From positions 4,434-68,433 of the forward strand of contig JAYEJA010000040.1 in the NCBI GenBank assembly GCA_034660395.1: a DNA stretch of 64,000 nt. The letters are read 5' to 3'. Below the pieces are notes generated by a model. That model made no database searches, was not told where the DNA came from, and saw nothing but the letters and a program-made list of their open reading frames with translations. The position numbers and the translations under genes were made by a program. The DNA is from Actinomycetota bacterium. Lineage in GTDB: Bacteria; Actinomycetota; Humimicrobiia; Humimicrobiales; Humimicrobiaceae. Positions 37,751 through 48,034 of this stretch are shown here, in pieces (position 1 is the stretch's first letter; each line of letters opens with the position of its first letter).

Positions 37751-40420
37751 ATGTTTGAGGGAATTGAAGGCAAATATAATCCTTCATCATTTGAAAAAGA
37801 AATTTATAGTTACTGGCTGGAAAATAAATATTTCTCAGCGGAGATAGATAAGTCAAAAAAACCATTCAGCATAGTGATTCCCCCTCCAAATGTTACAGGA
37901 TATCTTCACATAGGCCATGCTCTAAATAATACCCTTCAGGATATAATCGTAAGGTATAAAAGAATGAAGGGGTATAACACTACCTGGGTGCCCGGGACGG
38001 ACCATGCAGGAATAGCAACCCAGAATGTGGTTGAGAAATTCCTGGAAAAGAAAAATATGGATAGATTCCAGCTTGGCAGGGAGAAGTTTATTGACCAGGT
38101 ATGGAAATGGAAGGATGAATACGGAAGCAGGATAATAAACCAGCTTAAGTCTCTCGGTTGTTCATGTGACTGGGACAGGGAGAGGTTCACTTTTGATGAT
38201 AACTATGTCAAGGCGGTAACCAGAGAATTCGTAACCCTTTATAATGACGGCCTGATCTATAAAGGGAATTACATGATTAACTGGTGCCCAAGGTGCAGGA
38301 CTGCAATTTCTGATATCGAGGTGGAGCATGAAGAAAAGAAAGGCAGCCTGTGGGATATTAAATATCCGCTTATAGACACTGAAACCGGCAAGCCCGGCAG
38401 TGAGTACCTGGTAGTTTCAACCACAAGGCCCGAGACCATGCTGGGAGATACTGCGGTAGCCGTAAATCCTGAAGATAAAAGATATAAGAAGTACAGGGGA
38501 AGATTCGTCTATTTACCTCTTATGAAGCGAAAAATACCGGTTATAGAAGACTCTTTCGTTGATATGGAATTCGGGACCGGCGCGGTAAAGGTTACGCCTG
38601 CTCATGACCCCAATGATTTTGAGATTGGCAGGAGGCACGGGCTTAAGGAAATAAATATATTTGAAGAAGATGCTGCCTTGAATTCCAACGGAGGTAAATA
38701 TAAGGGGCTGGACCGCTATGAAGCAAGAGAAAAGGTTTTAAAGGACCTGGAGAGGGGTGGATATCTTACCGGCAGGAGGCCCCATGTATCGTCAGTTGGA
38801 ATTTGTTCGCGCTGCAGCACTGTAGTGGAGCCGAGGGTATCAATGCAGTGGTTCGTTTCCATGAAAAAGCTTGCCGGGCCCGCTATAGAGGTGGTAAAAG
38901 ACGGCAGGGTAAAGATAATACCGGGTAAATGGAAAAAAATATATTTTGACTGGATGGAGAATATAAGGGATTGGTGCATATCCCGCCAGTTGTGGTGGGG
39001 GCACCGCATTCCGGTCTGGTATTGCAGTGATTGCAGTGAGATGATAGTAAGCGAAGAAAAACCGCTGAAATGCCCTAACTGCAAGGGCAGCAGCCTCAGG
39101 CAGGATAATGATGTCATGGATACCTGGTTCAGCTCATGCCTGTGGCCATTTGCGGTTTTTGGGTGGCCCGAGGAAACTAAAGATTTAAAACATTTCTTCC
39201 CCACCGATACCCTGGTAACGGCACATGATATTATTTTCTTCTGGGTGGCCAGGATGATTATGATGAGCTTATATTTCAGGGGAGATGTTCCTTTCAGGGA
39301 GGTTTTTATAAATCCGCTGGTAAATGATGAATCGGGCCGGAAAATGTCCAAATCCAGGGGCAATGTGGCGGACCCCATGGATATAATTGAGAAAAAGGGA
39401 GCAGATGTCTTAAGATTTACGCTGGCATCTCTAACCACACCCGGGAAAAACCTGGTACTGGGAGATGAAAAAATTGAGGGTGTCAGGAATTTTGCGAATA
39501 AATTATGGAACGCATCAAAATTCGTGTCTTCAAACCTGGATGAAAATATTGATTTTAATAACACGGATATGACACAACTGGACTTAAATATATGGGACAG
39601 GTGGATAATATCAAGATTAAATGGGGTAATAAGGGAAGTAGAGAAGTACCTGGGGAATTACAAGTTTTCTTTTGCATCAAAACTTCTGGTAAATTTTTTC
39701 TGGAATGATTACTGCGACTGGTATATTGAATCAACAAAAATAAGGGTATACAAGAAGGAAAACAGTATTAATAGAAAAAGTGCTTTATATGTTTTATGGT
39801 ATATTCTGGAAAGATATCTCAGGGTTCTGCATCCTTTTATGCCATTTGTAACGGAAAAAATATGGCAGAATATACCTCACAGCGGGCAGAGTCTGGTTAT
39901 AAAGGATTTCCCCGGATTTGAGAAGGAAAATGTTAATAAAAAGGCGGAAGATGAAATAGAATTGCTTTTTAAGGTAATAAGCGCAATAAGAAAGACAAGA
40001 TCGGAGCTGAAAATAAATCCTTATAAAAAATTAAGGGTTGTACTGGAAACCGGCGGCAGGGAAAAAGCATTGCTTGAAGATAACGGAGAATATGTCTGCA
40101 GCCTGTCAAAGTCAGATAAAATGGAATTCGGCAGCTGCAGCGGCCAGAAGGGTTATGTGAAAACTGCTGCAGGCGATATAAATATATATATTTATATACT
40201 TGATGCGATTGATATTGAACTTGAGATAAAAAGAATAAAGGACCAGATAAGAAAAACTGAAATCCAGGCGGAAAAGAGCAGAAAAAAGATATCAAATGCA
40301 GATTTTATGAAAAAGGCGCCTGCCGGGATAATAAGCAGGGAAAAGGATAAACTCAAAGAGGCGGATAAGGCGCTGGAGACACTTGAGGAACAGCTTACCA
40401 GAATAAAAGCTATTGGCTAA
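37751..40420 (+). CDS. valS: Valyl-tRNA synthetase
   Basis: HIGH motif (PNVTGYLHIGHAL), KMSKS (KMSKSRGN), C-terminal coiled coil. The ATG at 37751 immediately follows the clpX stop. Confidence 0.95.
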   Translation: MFEGIEGKYNPSSFEKEIYSYWLENKYFSAEIDKSKKPFSIVIPPPNVTGYLHIGHALNNTLQDIIVRYKRMKGYNTTWVPGTDHAGIATQNVVEKFLEKKNMDRFQLGREKFIDQVWKWKDEYGSRIINQLKSLGCSCDWDRERFTFDDNYVKAVTREFVTLYNDGLIYKGNYMINWCPRCRTAISDIEVEHEEKKGSLWDIKYPLIDTETGKPGSEYLVVSTTRPETMLGDTAVAVNPEDKRYKKYRGRFVYLPLMKRKIPVIEDSFVDMEFGTGAVKVTPAHDPNDFEIGRRHGLKEINIFEEDAALNSNGGKYKGLDRYEAREKVLKDLERGGYLTGRRPHVSSVGICSRCSTVVEPRVSMQWFVSMKKLAGPAIEVVKDGRVKIIPGKWKKIYFDWMENIRDWCISRQLWWGHRIPVWYCSDCSEMIVSEEKPLKCPNCKGSSLRQDNDVMDTWFSSCLWPFAVFGWPEETKDLKHFFPTDTLVTAHDIIFFWVARMIMMSLYFRGDVPFREVFINPLVNDESGRKMSKSRGNVADPMDIIEKKGADVLRFTLASLTTPGKNLVLGDEKIEGVRNFANKLWNASKFVSSNLDENIDFNNTDMTQLDLNIWDRWIISRLNGVIREVEKYLGNYKFSFASKLLVNFFWNDYCDWYIESTKIRVYKKENSINRKSALYVLWYILERYLRVLHPFMPFVTEKIWQNIPHSGQSLVIKDFPGFEKENVNKKAEDEIELLFKVISAIRKTRSELKINPYKKLRVVLETGGREKALLEDNGEYVCSLSKSDKMEFGSCSGQKGYVKTAAGDINIYIYILDAIDIELEIKRIKDQIRKTEIQAEKSRKKISNADFMKKAPAGIISREKDKLKEADKALETLEEQLTRIKAIG

Positions 40421-40448
40421 AAAATCAAAGTCATAACCAGAGTGTGAT

Positions 40449-41768
40449 ATGTTAAACTACGGTCAGGTATGCAAATATTTGGATGGTTGCCTGATTTTTG
40501 GCATAAAACCGGGCCTGGAAAGAGTCCGTAAACTGCTTGAGCTTTTAGGCAATCCCCAGAAGAAGCCGGATTTTATTCATGTAGTGGGAACGAACGGAAA
40601 GACATCCACTACAAAAATTACTGCTGCCATATTAAAAAACCATGGTATTAAAACAGGTTATTATATTTCACCTCATATAAATAGCTATACGGAAAGAATA
40701 TGGATTGACGGAGAAGATATTTCTGAAGAAAAATTTTCAGGGGCTTTTAACGAAATATATCCATATATAAAAAAAGTGAATGAAATGAATATGCAGGGCC
40801 CCATGACCCAGTTTGAAATAATTACCGCGATGGCGTTTAATATTGCAAAAAGCGAGGGCGTAAGGGCTATGGTGCTGGAGGCGGGCATGGGCGGAAGATG
40901 GGACGCTACCAATATCGGCCGGGCAGATGTTGCAGGTCTTACCGGCGTGAGCCTTGAACATACAAAAATTCTTGGAAATACCGTAAGAGAGATATCTTCT
41001 GAAAAGGTGCAGGTTATAAAGGAGAATGCACTTGTCGCAACGACAAGCATGGAAAGGGAAGTTCTAAAAATTATTAGAAGTAAGGTCAGCAGCACTAATT
41101 CCCGGCTTTTTTTGTACGGAAAGGATTTTTATATAAAAAAGAAAGTAAACCTGGGAATGGAGGGATGGCTTCTTGATATAAAAGGGACTGGCAGTACCTG
41201 CAGGAGAATGAAATTTCCTGTTCCCGGAAAATATCAGACATTCAATTTGTCCCTGGCCATGGTGCTCGCGGAACTGTATATGAAGACTTTAAACAAGAAA
41301 CTGGATTGCGAAAGGGTAAAAGGAGGTATTGAAAAAATTAAAATAAGGGGGAGATTTGAAATTATAAGGGAAAGGCCTCTTTTGATAGCTGATGCAGCCC
41401 ATAATCCCGGCGGTATTGAAAAACTGGCTGAAAACCTGGCAGAGTATTTTAAAAGGCGCAAAAAAATAATAATTTTTGCTGTTTTAAGGGATAAGGACTA
41501 TGAAAACATGGTTGAAAAAATAATCAATGTAGGAGATGTATTGATTCTAACCTCAAGCCGGACCGAAAGGAGCCTTGATGCAGGTAAGCTGGAAGAGGTC
41601 GTAAGAAGGAAGGCCGTGGAATCCGTGGATATAGAAGGTCGTCCGGCAGAAATTTACAGGATAAGGGATATAAAAAATTCCGTAAAATTTGCTTTAAAAA
41701 TATCTGATATAAATGATATTATATGCATTACTGGTTCGATAACTAATTTAAAAGATATTGTCAGTTAG
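40449..41768 (+). CDS. folC: Folylpolyglutamate synthase/dihydrofolate synthase
   Basis: P-loop VGTNGKTSTT, Mur ligase family architecture. Confidence 0.85.
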   Translation: MLNYGQVCKYLDGCLIFGIKPGLERVRKLLELLGNPQKKPDFIHVVGTNGKTSTTKITAAILKNHGIKTGYYISPHINSYTERIWIDGEDISEEKFSGAFNEIYPYIKKVNEMNMQGPMTQFEIITAMAFNIAKSEGVRAMVLEAGMGGRWDATNIGRADVAGLTGVSLEHTKILGNTVREISSEKVQVIKENALVATTSMEREVLKIIRSKVSSTNSRLFLYGKDFYIKKKVNLGMEGWLLDIKGTGSTCRRMKFPVPGKYQTFNLSLAMVLAELYMKTLNKKLDCERVKGGIEKIKIRGRFEIIRERPLLIADAAHNPGGIEKLAENLAEYFKRRKKIIIFAVLRDKDYENMVEKIINVGDVLILTSSRTERSLDAGKLEEVVRRKAVESVDIEGRPAEIYRIRDIKNSVKFALKISDINDIICITGSITNLKDIVS

Positions 41769-41819
41769 ATAATTAAATTTGTCAGAATTTATTAAATAAT
41801 AAAAACTAAATATGGGGGA

Positions 41820-42281
41820 TTGATGGATTTATTTGAGTATGTTAACGATATTATGGATTTTTTTAAGAATCCTATATGGAAATATCTATATTACGGCATA
41901 ATTTTCATTTTAATAATTGTATGGCTTGCTTTTATTTACTGGACTTACAGAGATGCAAGGCTGAGAAGTGAATCTCCCGCAGTTGCTGTTTTTTGGGCCG
42001 TTATTGTATTGCTGCTTAACTTTCTGGGGTTGATACTGTATTTAATATTAAGGCCGCCGGAGTTTATAGACGATATAATTGAAAGGGACCTTGAGATAGA
42101 GAAAACGGAGAGATTACTTTATAACAGGCGGCAAACCTGTCCTGCATGCGGAAAGCCGGTTAATGATGACTTTTTAATATGCCCGTACTGCAGGAAGAAG
42201 TTAAAAACCCCCTGTATTAATTGCGGAAAACCCCTCAAACTGGACTGGAAAGTGTGCCCTTATTGTAAGACATCCCAGTAA
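41820..42281 (+). CDS. Membrane protein with a C-terminal double zinc ribbon (conserved hypothetical)
   Basis: Two TM helices, then CPACGK..CPYC..CINCGK..CPYC. Confidence 0.6.
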   Translation: MMDLFEYVNDIMDFFKNPIWKYLYYGIIFILIIVWLAFIYWTYRDARLRSESPAVAVFWAVIVLLLNFLGLILYLILRPPEFIDDIIERDLEIEKTERLLYNRRQTCPACGKPVNDDFLICPYCRKKLKTPCINCGKPLKLDWKVCPYCKTSQ

Positions 42282-42391
42282 AGATATTTGGAGGGGATAA
42301 AAAGCCCCTCAAGTAAACTTAAGAGAAGGGTATGGGGATTGGTAAAAATTAAGTGATTTTAGGATGTTAAATTTGTTCAGGAAAGGAGTTT

Positions 42392-42799
42392 ATGGTTAGT
42401 ACTGAAAAAAGCCTGGTTATAATAAAACCTGACGGGGTGAAGAAAAAAAAGATAGGGGAAATTATATCCCGCCTGGAATGTGAAGACCTCACTATTGAAA
42501 AATTAAAGATGATTAAAATAGACCGGGATCTTGCATGCAGGCATTATTGCGACCATAAAAGCAAGGAATTCTTTGATATGCTTATTAAATATATAACCTC
42601 CGGGCCTTCGGTGGCGGCGGTTGTAAGCGGTAAGGATGCAATTTCAAGGATAAGGAAGCTTATGGGTCCCACCGATTCTAAAAAGGCAAAAAAGGGGACA
42701 ATAAGGGGCGATTTTGGTGTTGATATAACTACGAATGTAATTCATGGTTCTGATTCGCCGGAAAGTGCCGGGAGGGAAATTAAACTTTTTTTTGGATAG
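42392..42799 (+). CDS. ndk: Nucleoside diphosphate kinase
   Basis: LVIIKPDGV.., active-site NVIHGSDS. Confidence 0.9.
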   Translation: MVSTEKSLVIIKPDGVKKKKIGEIISRLECEDLTIEKLKMIKIDRDLACRHYCDHKSKEFFDMLIKYITSGPSVAAVVSGKDAISRIRKLMGPTDSKKAKKGTIRGDFGVDITTNVIHGSDSPESAGREIKLFFG

Positions 42800-42856
42800 A
42801 GGCATGGCGAAAATGGCAGTTAAAGATTAAAAAATATCTTATTTTAAGGATGGCTG

Positions 42857-43111
42857 ATGGGTAAGAGAAGAGGAAAAGTAGTTTTTTTTATAGTATTACT
42901 TGGAGGCATAATAGGAGCTATACTGGGCCATATATTAAAAGACCTTGTACCCATTATGGACGAAGGATTAAAGGTCGGTACCGATTCCCTCAGTCTTAAC
43001 CTGCATTTGATTGATGTAAGTTTCGGGATACATGTAAATATTACGCTGGGGGCTATAATAGGAATACTTATTGCTTTTTTATTGGCTGATGTTGGAAGAA
43101 GACGATTTTAA
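42857..43111 (+). CDS. Small membrane protein (DUF4321-like)
   Basis: 84 aa, two TM segments. Sits immediately upstream of maf as in many Firmicutes-type loci. Confidence 0.5.
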   Translation: MGKRRGKVVFFIVLLGGIIGAILGHILKDLVPIMDEGLKVGTDSLSLNLHLIDVSFGIHVNITLGAIIGILIAFLLADVGRRRF

Positions 43112-43724
43112 AAAAAAATTAATTTTAGCTTCTGCTTCTCCAAGAAGGAAAAAAATACTAAAGCTTTTAAAGCTGGATTTCGAGGTGGTTGAACCCGGGG
43201 GTTTTAAGGAGGAGCAGTTTAAAGACCCTCAAAGGACGGTGCTATATAACAGTATAGCCAAAGCTAAAAATGTTTACGGGTATTTGACAGGACATAAATT
43301 TAAGAAAAAAGGCAGTAATTATAAAAGTGGTTTCCTGATTGCAGGTTTTGATACTATTATATATATTAATAGGAGGATTCTGGGCAAGCCGGACGGCAGG
43401 GAGCAGGCGATAGAATTTTTAAAGGCTCTTTCCGGGCGGGTTCACCTGGCGATAAGCGGAGCATGTATTATGGATAGCGCTTCGGGCAGGTATGTTTACG
43501 ATTCTGAAACCACCAGGGTTAGTTTTAGGAAATTAACTGAAGACGAAATTGAGAGATATGTGGATAAAGAGGATGTTACCGATAAGGCAGGCGCTTATAA
43601 TATACTGGGAATCGGGGGCCTGCTGGTAGATAAGATAGATGGTTGCTTTTTTAATATAGCCGGGATTCCAGTCGCAGGGTTTGTGGGTTTATTAAAGAAA
43701 TCCGGGCTTAATGTTATTGTTTGA
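43089..43724 (+). CDS. maf: Maf-like nucleotide pyrophosphatase (septum formation protein)
   Basis: LILASASPRRKKIL N-terminus. ATG at 43089 (the ORF-track TTG at 43071 is upstream). Confidence 0.85.
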   Translation: MLEEDDFKKKLILASASPRRKKILKLLKLDFEVVEPGGFKEEQFKDPQRTVLYNSIAKAKNVYGYLTGHKFKKKGSNYKSGFLIAGFDTIIYINRRILGKPDGREQAIEFLKALSGRVHLAISGACIMDSASGRYVYDSETTRVSFRKLTEDEIERYVDKEDVTDKAGAYNILGIGGLLVDKIDGCFFNIAGIPVAGFVGLLKKSGLNVIV

Positions 43725-43739
43725 CCAAGGAGTTAGCAA

Positions 43740-44774
43740 ATGCAGATGTTTGATTTTTTTCTGAATGTAATAGGCAAGGATATGGGTATAGACCTGGGGA
43801 CGGCAAATACCCTGGTATATGTTAAAGGTAAGGGGATAATCCTTGAAGAACCCTCTGTTGTGGCAATTGACAGGGAGAGAAAAAGAATACTGGCAGTTGG
43901 CCAGGAAGCCAAGAAGATGGTGGGGAGGACTCCCGATAATATAATAGCAACGAGACCTCTGAAAAATGGAGTAATTGCAGACTTTGAGACAACGGAAAAA
44001 ATGCTCAGGTATTTTATACAGAGGGTCCATAAAAATGTAGCTTTTGCAAGACCCCGGATAGTTATTTGCGTACCGTCCGGAATTACTCCGGTGGAAAAGA
44101 AAGCGGTAGTTGAAGCTACGGAACAGGCAGGTGCGAGGGCGGCTTATATAATTGAAGAGCCCCTGGCAGCGGCAATTGGTTCCGGTCTTTCTATTGATGA
44201 GCCCAGGGGAAGCATGATTATAGATATAGGAGGAGGGACCTCGGAGGTTGCTGTTATTTCACTTGGAGGGATTGTCGTAAGCCAGTCATTGAGGATTGGC
44301 GGAGATGATATGGATGAAGCAATAACCTATTATTTGAAGAAGGAACACAATCTATACCTTGGCGAAAGAACTGCAGAAAAGGTGAAAATGGAAATAGGTT
44401 CCGCATTTCCCCTTGAGAATGAGGAAAAGATGGAAATAAATGGAAGGGACCTCATAACGGGACTTCCCAAAACCATTATTATCACCAGCCAGCAGATAAG
44501 GAGAGCTCTGGAGAAAGTACTGGGCGATATCGTAAATTCTATTGTTGAAGTACTTGATGTAACACCCCCCGAGCTTTCTTCAGACATAATGAAAAAAGGT
44601 ATTGTTATGGCAGGGGGAGGTTCATTGCTTAAAGGTCTTGCGGAAAGGATAAGCAGGGAGACGCATTGTCCGGTGTATCTTGCTGAAGACCCGATGGCTG
44701 CTGTGGCAATGGGCGCAGGTAAATGTGTTGAGGATTTCAATACATTGAAAAGATATTTGAGATATTCAAAATAA
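43740..44774 (+). CDS. mreB: Rod shape-determining protein MreB
   Basis: GIDLGTANTLVYV.., actin-fold motifs. Confidence 0.95.
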   Translation: MQMFDFFLNVIGKDMGIDLGTANTLVYVKGKGIILEEPSVVAIDRERKRILAVGQEAKKMVGRTPDNIIATRPLKNGVIADFETTEKMLRYFIQRVHKNVAFARPRIVICVPSGITPVEKKAVVEATEQAGARAAYIIEEPLAAAIGSGLSIDEPRGSMIIDIGGGTSEVAVISLGGIVVSQSLRIGGDDMDEAITYYLKKEHNLYLGERTAEKVKMEIGSAFPLENEEKMEINGRDLITGLPKTIIITSQQIRRALEKVLGDIVNSIVEVLDVTPPELSSDIMKKGIVMAGGGSLLKGLAERISRETHCPVYLAEDPMAAVAMGAGKCVEDFNTLKRYLRYSK

Positions 44775-44804
44775 CAGGTTTACATTCAATCTTTATAAAT
44801 ACTG

Positions 44805-45614
44805 ATGGTTATATTAAACAGAAGAATCAGGAATCTTATTATTCTTGCTATAATAATCTTTTTATGCCTGGTCATTATTACTGCAAGCTTCAGGCAGTCC
44901 GAAATAATCACCAATATAAAGTCTAAAACCATTGACTTTTTTAAACCAATCCAGGAAAAGTTCTTTTCCCTTTTCAGTCCGGTTATAGGTTTTTTTAATT
45001 CTGTAAGGGATTATATAAATTTAAGGGAGAAATACCTGGACCTTCAGGCGGAAAATTCCAGGCTGAGGGAGGAGTATGTTGAAAATGTTAATCTCCGGGT
45101 TGAAAATAATTCTTTAAGAAAATTGCTGGATATGAAGCTCAGGGAGGGTTATGAAACTATAACGGCAAGGGTAATAGGATTTAATCAAGAAAGCTGGAAG
45201 TCAGAGGTAATTTTAAATGCCGGCGTAAGCGAAGGCGCCTGCCAGGGAATGGGGGTCTTAAGTGAAGAGGGGCTGGTAGGAATTATTATCAATAGCGGCA
45301 GCGATTCCTGTAATGTGCGGCTCATTAATGATCCCCGGAGCAGCATAGGAGTAAGAATTCTGTCTTCAAGAAAGCTTGGCGTTCTTAAGGGCAGCCAGGA
45401 CGGAAAAATTACATTGAATTATATACCTGCGGGAGAGACTGTATTTAAGGGAGATATAATAATTACATCGGAATACGGGAATCTTCCCGGCGAAATTCTG
45501 GTGGGAAGGATAAGTAAAGTAAGCGAAGATGGAGATAGTCTATACAAAATTATTGAAGTGGAGCCCTTTGCTGATTTAAAAAGATTGGAGTATGTGCTGA
45601 TATTGGAGCAATAA
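44805..45614 (+). CDS. mreC: Rod shape-determining protein MreC
   Basis: N-terminal TM segment, coiled coil, beta-rich C-terminus. Position after mreB. Confidence 0.8.
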   Translation: MVILNRRIRNLIILAIIIFLCLVIITASFRQSEIITNIKSKTIDFFKPIQEKFFSLFSPVIGFFNSVRDYINLREKYLDLQAENSRLREEYVENVNLRVENNSLRKLLDMKLREGYETITARVIGFNQESWKSEVILNAGVSEGACQGMGVLSEEGLVGIIINSGSDSCNVRLINDPRSSIGVRILSSRKLGVLKGSQDGKITLNYIPAGETVFKGDIIITSEYGNLPGEILVGRISKVSEDGDSLYKIIEVEPFADLKRLEYVLILEQ

Positions 45615-45630
45615 ATAAGAAGTATCGGTT

Positions 45631-46155
45631 ATGATTATGAAAAGTTTCTCCAAAATTCTTCATTTTTTTATTTTAATAGTATGCCTGCTGCTGCAGGTTG
45701 CTTTTTTTGAGTATCTTAAGATATTCTCAATAAGTTTTGATTTGGTAATGGTTGCAGTATTGGCGGTTGCGCTTTTTGACGGAACCCTCTGGGGAATGTT
45801 ATTCGGATTTACAGCGGGCCTGGTAATGGATTTAATGACAGGGAATATCGTGGGAATAAGCGCATTCATTTACTCAATTGATGCCTTTATGGCAAAAAAA
45901 TTTATTTCTGCAGGATTTAAATCAAGGTTTTTAACCCGGATATTTATTGTTTTTCTGGTTACTGAAGTTAATATTTTAATAATCAGTCTGATTTATTATC
46001 TGTTTAATTTTGGTATTAGCTGGATTATTATGGGCGTGGATATGATTGTCAGGCCTATTTGCAATATTATTTTAATGCTTGTTATATTCCCGCTGATAAG
46101 AAGGAGTTCCGGTACTGAAAAGGAGAGCGAATTTGAGTTCAAATATAAGGATTAG
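45631..46155 (+). CDS. mreD: Rod shape-determining protein MreD
   Basis: Polytopic small membrane protein in the mreBCD position. Confidence 0.65.
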   Translation: MIMKSFSKILHFFILIVCLLLQVAFFEYLKIFSISFDLVMVAVLAVALFDGTLWGMLFGFTAGLVMDLMTGNIVGISAFIYSIDAFMAKKFISAGFKSRFLTRIFIVFLVTEVNILIISLIYYLFNFGISWIIMGVDMIVRPICNIILMLVIFPLIRRSSGTEKESEFEFKYKD

Positions 46156-47989
46156 GTTTAAAATTTTATTTTACCTGCTGGCAATAATGTTTGTCGTGCT
46201 TATTTTAAGGCTTTATTTTATGCAGGTTATGAGCGGGGAGCTTTATGCCGAGATGGCTTCCGAGAGTATCACAAGGGAAAGGACTATTTCTGCACCGCGC
46301 GGTAATATTTATGACCGCAACGGAAAATTACTGGTGAAAAGCGTACCTGTTAAAGCAGTTGCCGTTCAGCCGGGTATTGTTTCAGGCAATGAAAATGTTA
46401 TGAGGATTTTAAGTGAATGTCTCGATATTTCCTATTATGAAATAAAAAAGGAAGTAGAAGAGAGTAATGTTTCTTATATGGATAAAGTCATTATAAAGCA
46501 GGATGTTGATATTGCCACTGTTATTTATATTGAAGAAAACATTGACAGGTTACCGGGTGTGGAAGTGATTGATGTTTATCTCAGGCAGTATAACTACGGC
46601 TCTCTGGCATCTCATATCCTGGGATATATAGGAGAGATAAGCGAAGAAAAGTTAAAATCGGAGGAAAATGATTATTATTACGAGGGCGGAGACCAGATAG
46701 GATTGGGCGGCCTGGAAGAAACCTATGAGAGCATGCTCAGGGGCAAAAAGGGGAAGGTAGTATATGAAGTTGACCCCCTTGAAAGACCTGTAAGCATAAT
46801 AAGGGAAACGGAGCCCATTAGCGGGAACGATTTGTATCTCACTATTGATATTGACCTGCAGAAAGTTGTTGAGGAGGCCCTTTACCAGTCAATACTTGAA
46901 GTAAGGGAGAAAAAAATTAAGGATACGGATGAACACTACAAAGTCACAGGCGGCGCGATAGTCGTTCTCAGCCCGGGAGATGGCCAGATACTTGCCATGG
47001 CAAGTTATCCCACCTATGACCCTGAATTGTTCGTGGGCGGCATATCTGAGGATGACTGGAATAATCTTAATGACCCTGATAATTATTATCCGTTTTTAAA
47101 TAGGGCAATTTCATCCTTTCCTCCAGGGTCGGTTTTTAAGATAGTTACATCTTATGCCGGGCTTAGTGAAGGAGTTATAACAGAAGGAAGCAGGTTTAGC
47201 TGCGCGGGGATATGGTACGGGCTCGGGCAAAATTTTCCAAAGAGCTGCTGGTTAAAGTCGGGACACGGCAGTCTCGATATTGTCGGCGCTATTAAAAATT
47301 CCTGTGATATTTATTTCTATCAGGTGGGATACGGGCTTTTTAATAAATTCAACAATAACCAGGAGCTTCTGCAGAAATATGCCAGAATTTTCGGCTTTGG
47401 CTCTGAAACCGGTGTGGATGTCCCGGGCGAGGGTACGGGGCTGGTACCGGATGAGGAATGGAAAAAGGAGTATTTTAAAGACCAGAAGGAGAATACGGTC
47501 TGGTTTCCCGGCGATACGGTTAATATGTCTATAGGGCAGGGAGACCTGACAGCAACTCCACTGCAGATGGCGCAGGCGTTTTCAATTATTGCCGACAGGG
47601 GTATAAAGTACAGGCCGCATTTAATTAAGGAGATAAGGGACAGTGAAGATATTTTGTTTAAATACAGTTCAGCTGAAGAATACCAGGATTTACAATTGAA
47701 TAAGGATTTTGTTGAAATAATAGAGAGAGGTCTTACCCGGGTTGTTTCTCCCGGCGGAACTGCTTATGGTGTTTTTATGGATTTTCCTGTTGGCGAAATA
47801 CCTGTCGCGGCAAAAACGGGTACGGCTGAGTTTTACGGAAAGCAGGATTATGCATGGTTCACAAGTTATGCTCCGGTAGGTAATCCGGAGTATGTAATAG
47901 TGGGTATGCTTGAGCAGGCAGGTTCAGGCGGAAGCAATGTTGCCCCTATTGCAGAAAGGATTTACAGGTACCTTTTTAATATTGATTAA
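46133..47989 (+). CDS. mrdA: Penicillin-binding protein 2 (elongasome transpeptidase)
   Basis: SxxK (GSVFK), SxN (SCD), KTGT motifs. N-terminal TM segment. Confidence 0.85.
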   Translation: MSSNIRIRFKILFYLLAIMFVVLILRLYFMQVMSGELYAEMASESITRERTISAPRGNIYDRNGKLLVKSVPVKAVAVQPGIVSGNENVMRILSECLDISYYEIKKEVEESNVSYMDKVIIKQDVDIATVIYIEENIDRLPGVEVIDVYLRQYNYGSLASHILGYIGEISEEKLKSEENDYYYEGGDQIGLGGLEETYESMLRGKKGKVVYEVDPLERPVSIIRETEPISGNDLYLTIDIDLQKVVEEALYQSILEVREKKIKDTDEHYKVTGGAIVVLSPGDGQILAMASYPTYDPELFVGGISEDDWNNLNDPDNYYPFLNRAISSFPPGSVFKIVTSYAGLSEGVITEGSRFSCAGIWYGLGQNFPKSCWLKSGHGSLDIVGAIKNSCDIYFYQVGYGLFNKFNNNQELLQKYARIFGFGSETGVDVPGEGTGLVPDEEWKKEYFKDQKENTVWFPGDTVNMSIGQGDLTATPLQMAQAFSIIADRGIKYRPHLIKEIRDSEDILFKYSSAEEYQDLQLNKDFVEIIERGLTRVVSPGGTAYGVFMDFPVGEIPVAAKTGTAEFYGKQDYAWFTSYAPVGNPEYVIVGMLEQAGSGGSNVAPIAERIYRYLFNID

Positions 47990-48034
47990 TGGCGTGTGTT
48001 AAGCTGAATTATTTATGAGGTTTTAATAGTTAAT

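Noticed and set aside
38716-39564. 282-aa minus-strand ORF inside valS
   Set aside because: Entirely antisense to a strongly supported valS ORF. It has low-complexity composition and no start context.
42290-42311. GAGGGG-ataaaaag-CCCCTC hairpin after the zinc-ribbon gene
   Set aside because: A 6-bp GC stem, but no downstream U-tract. At best it is a weak or partial terminator.
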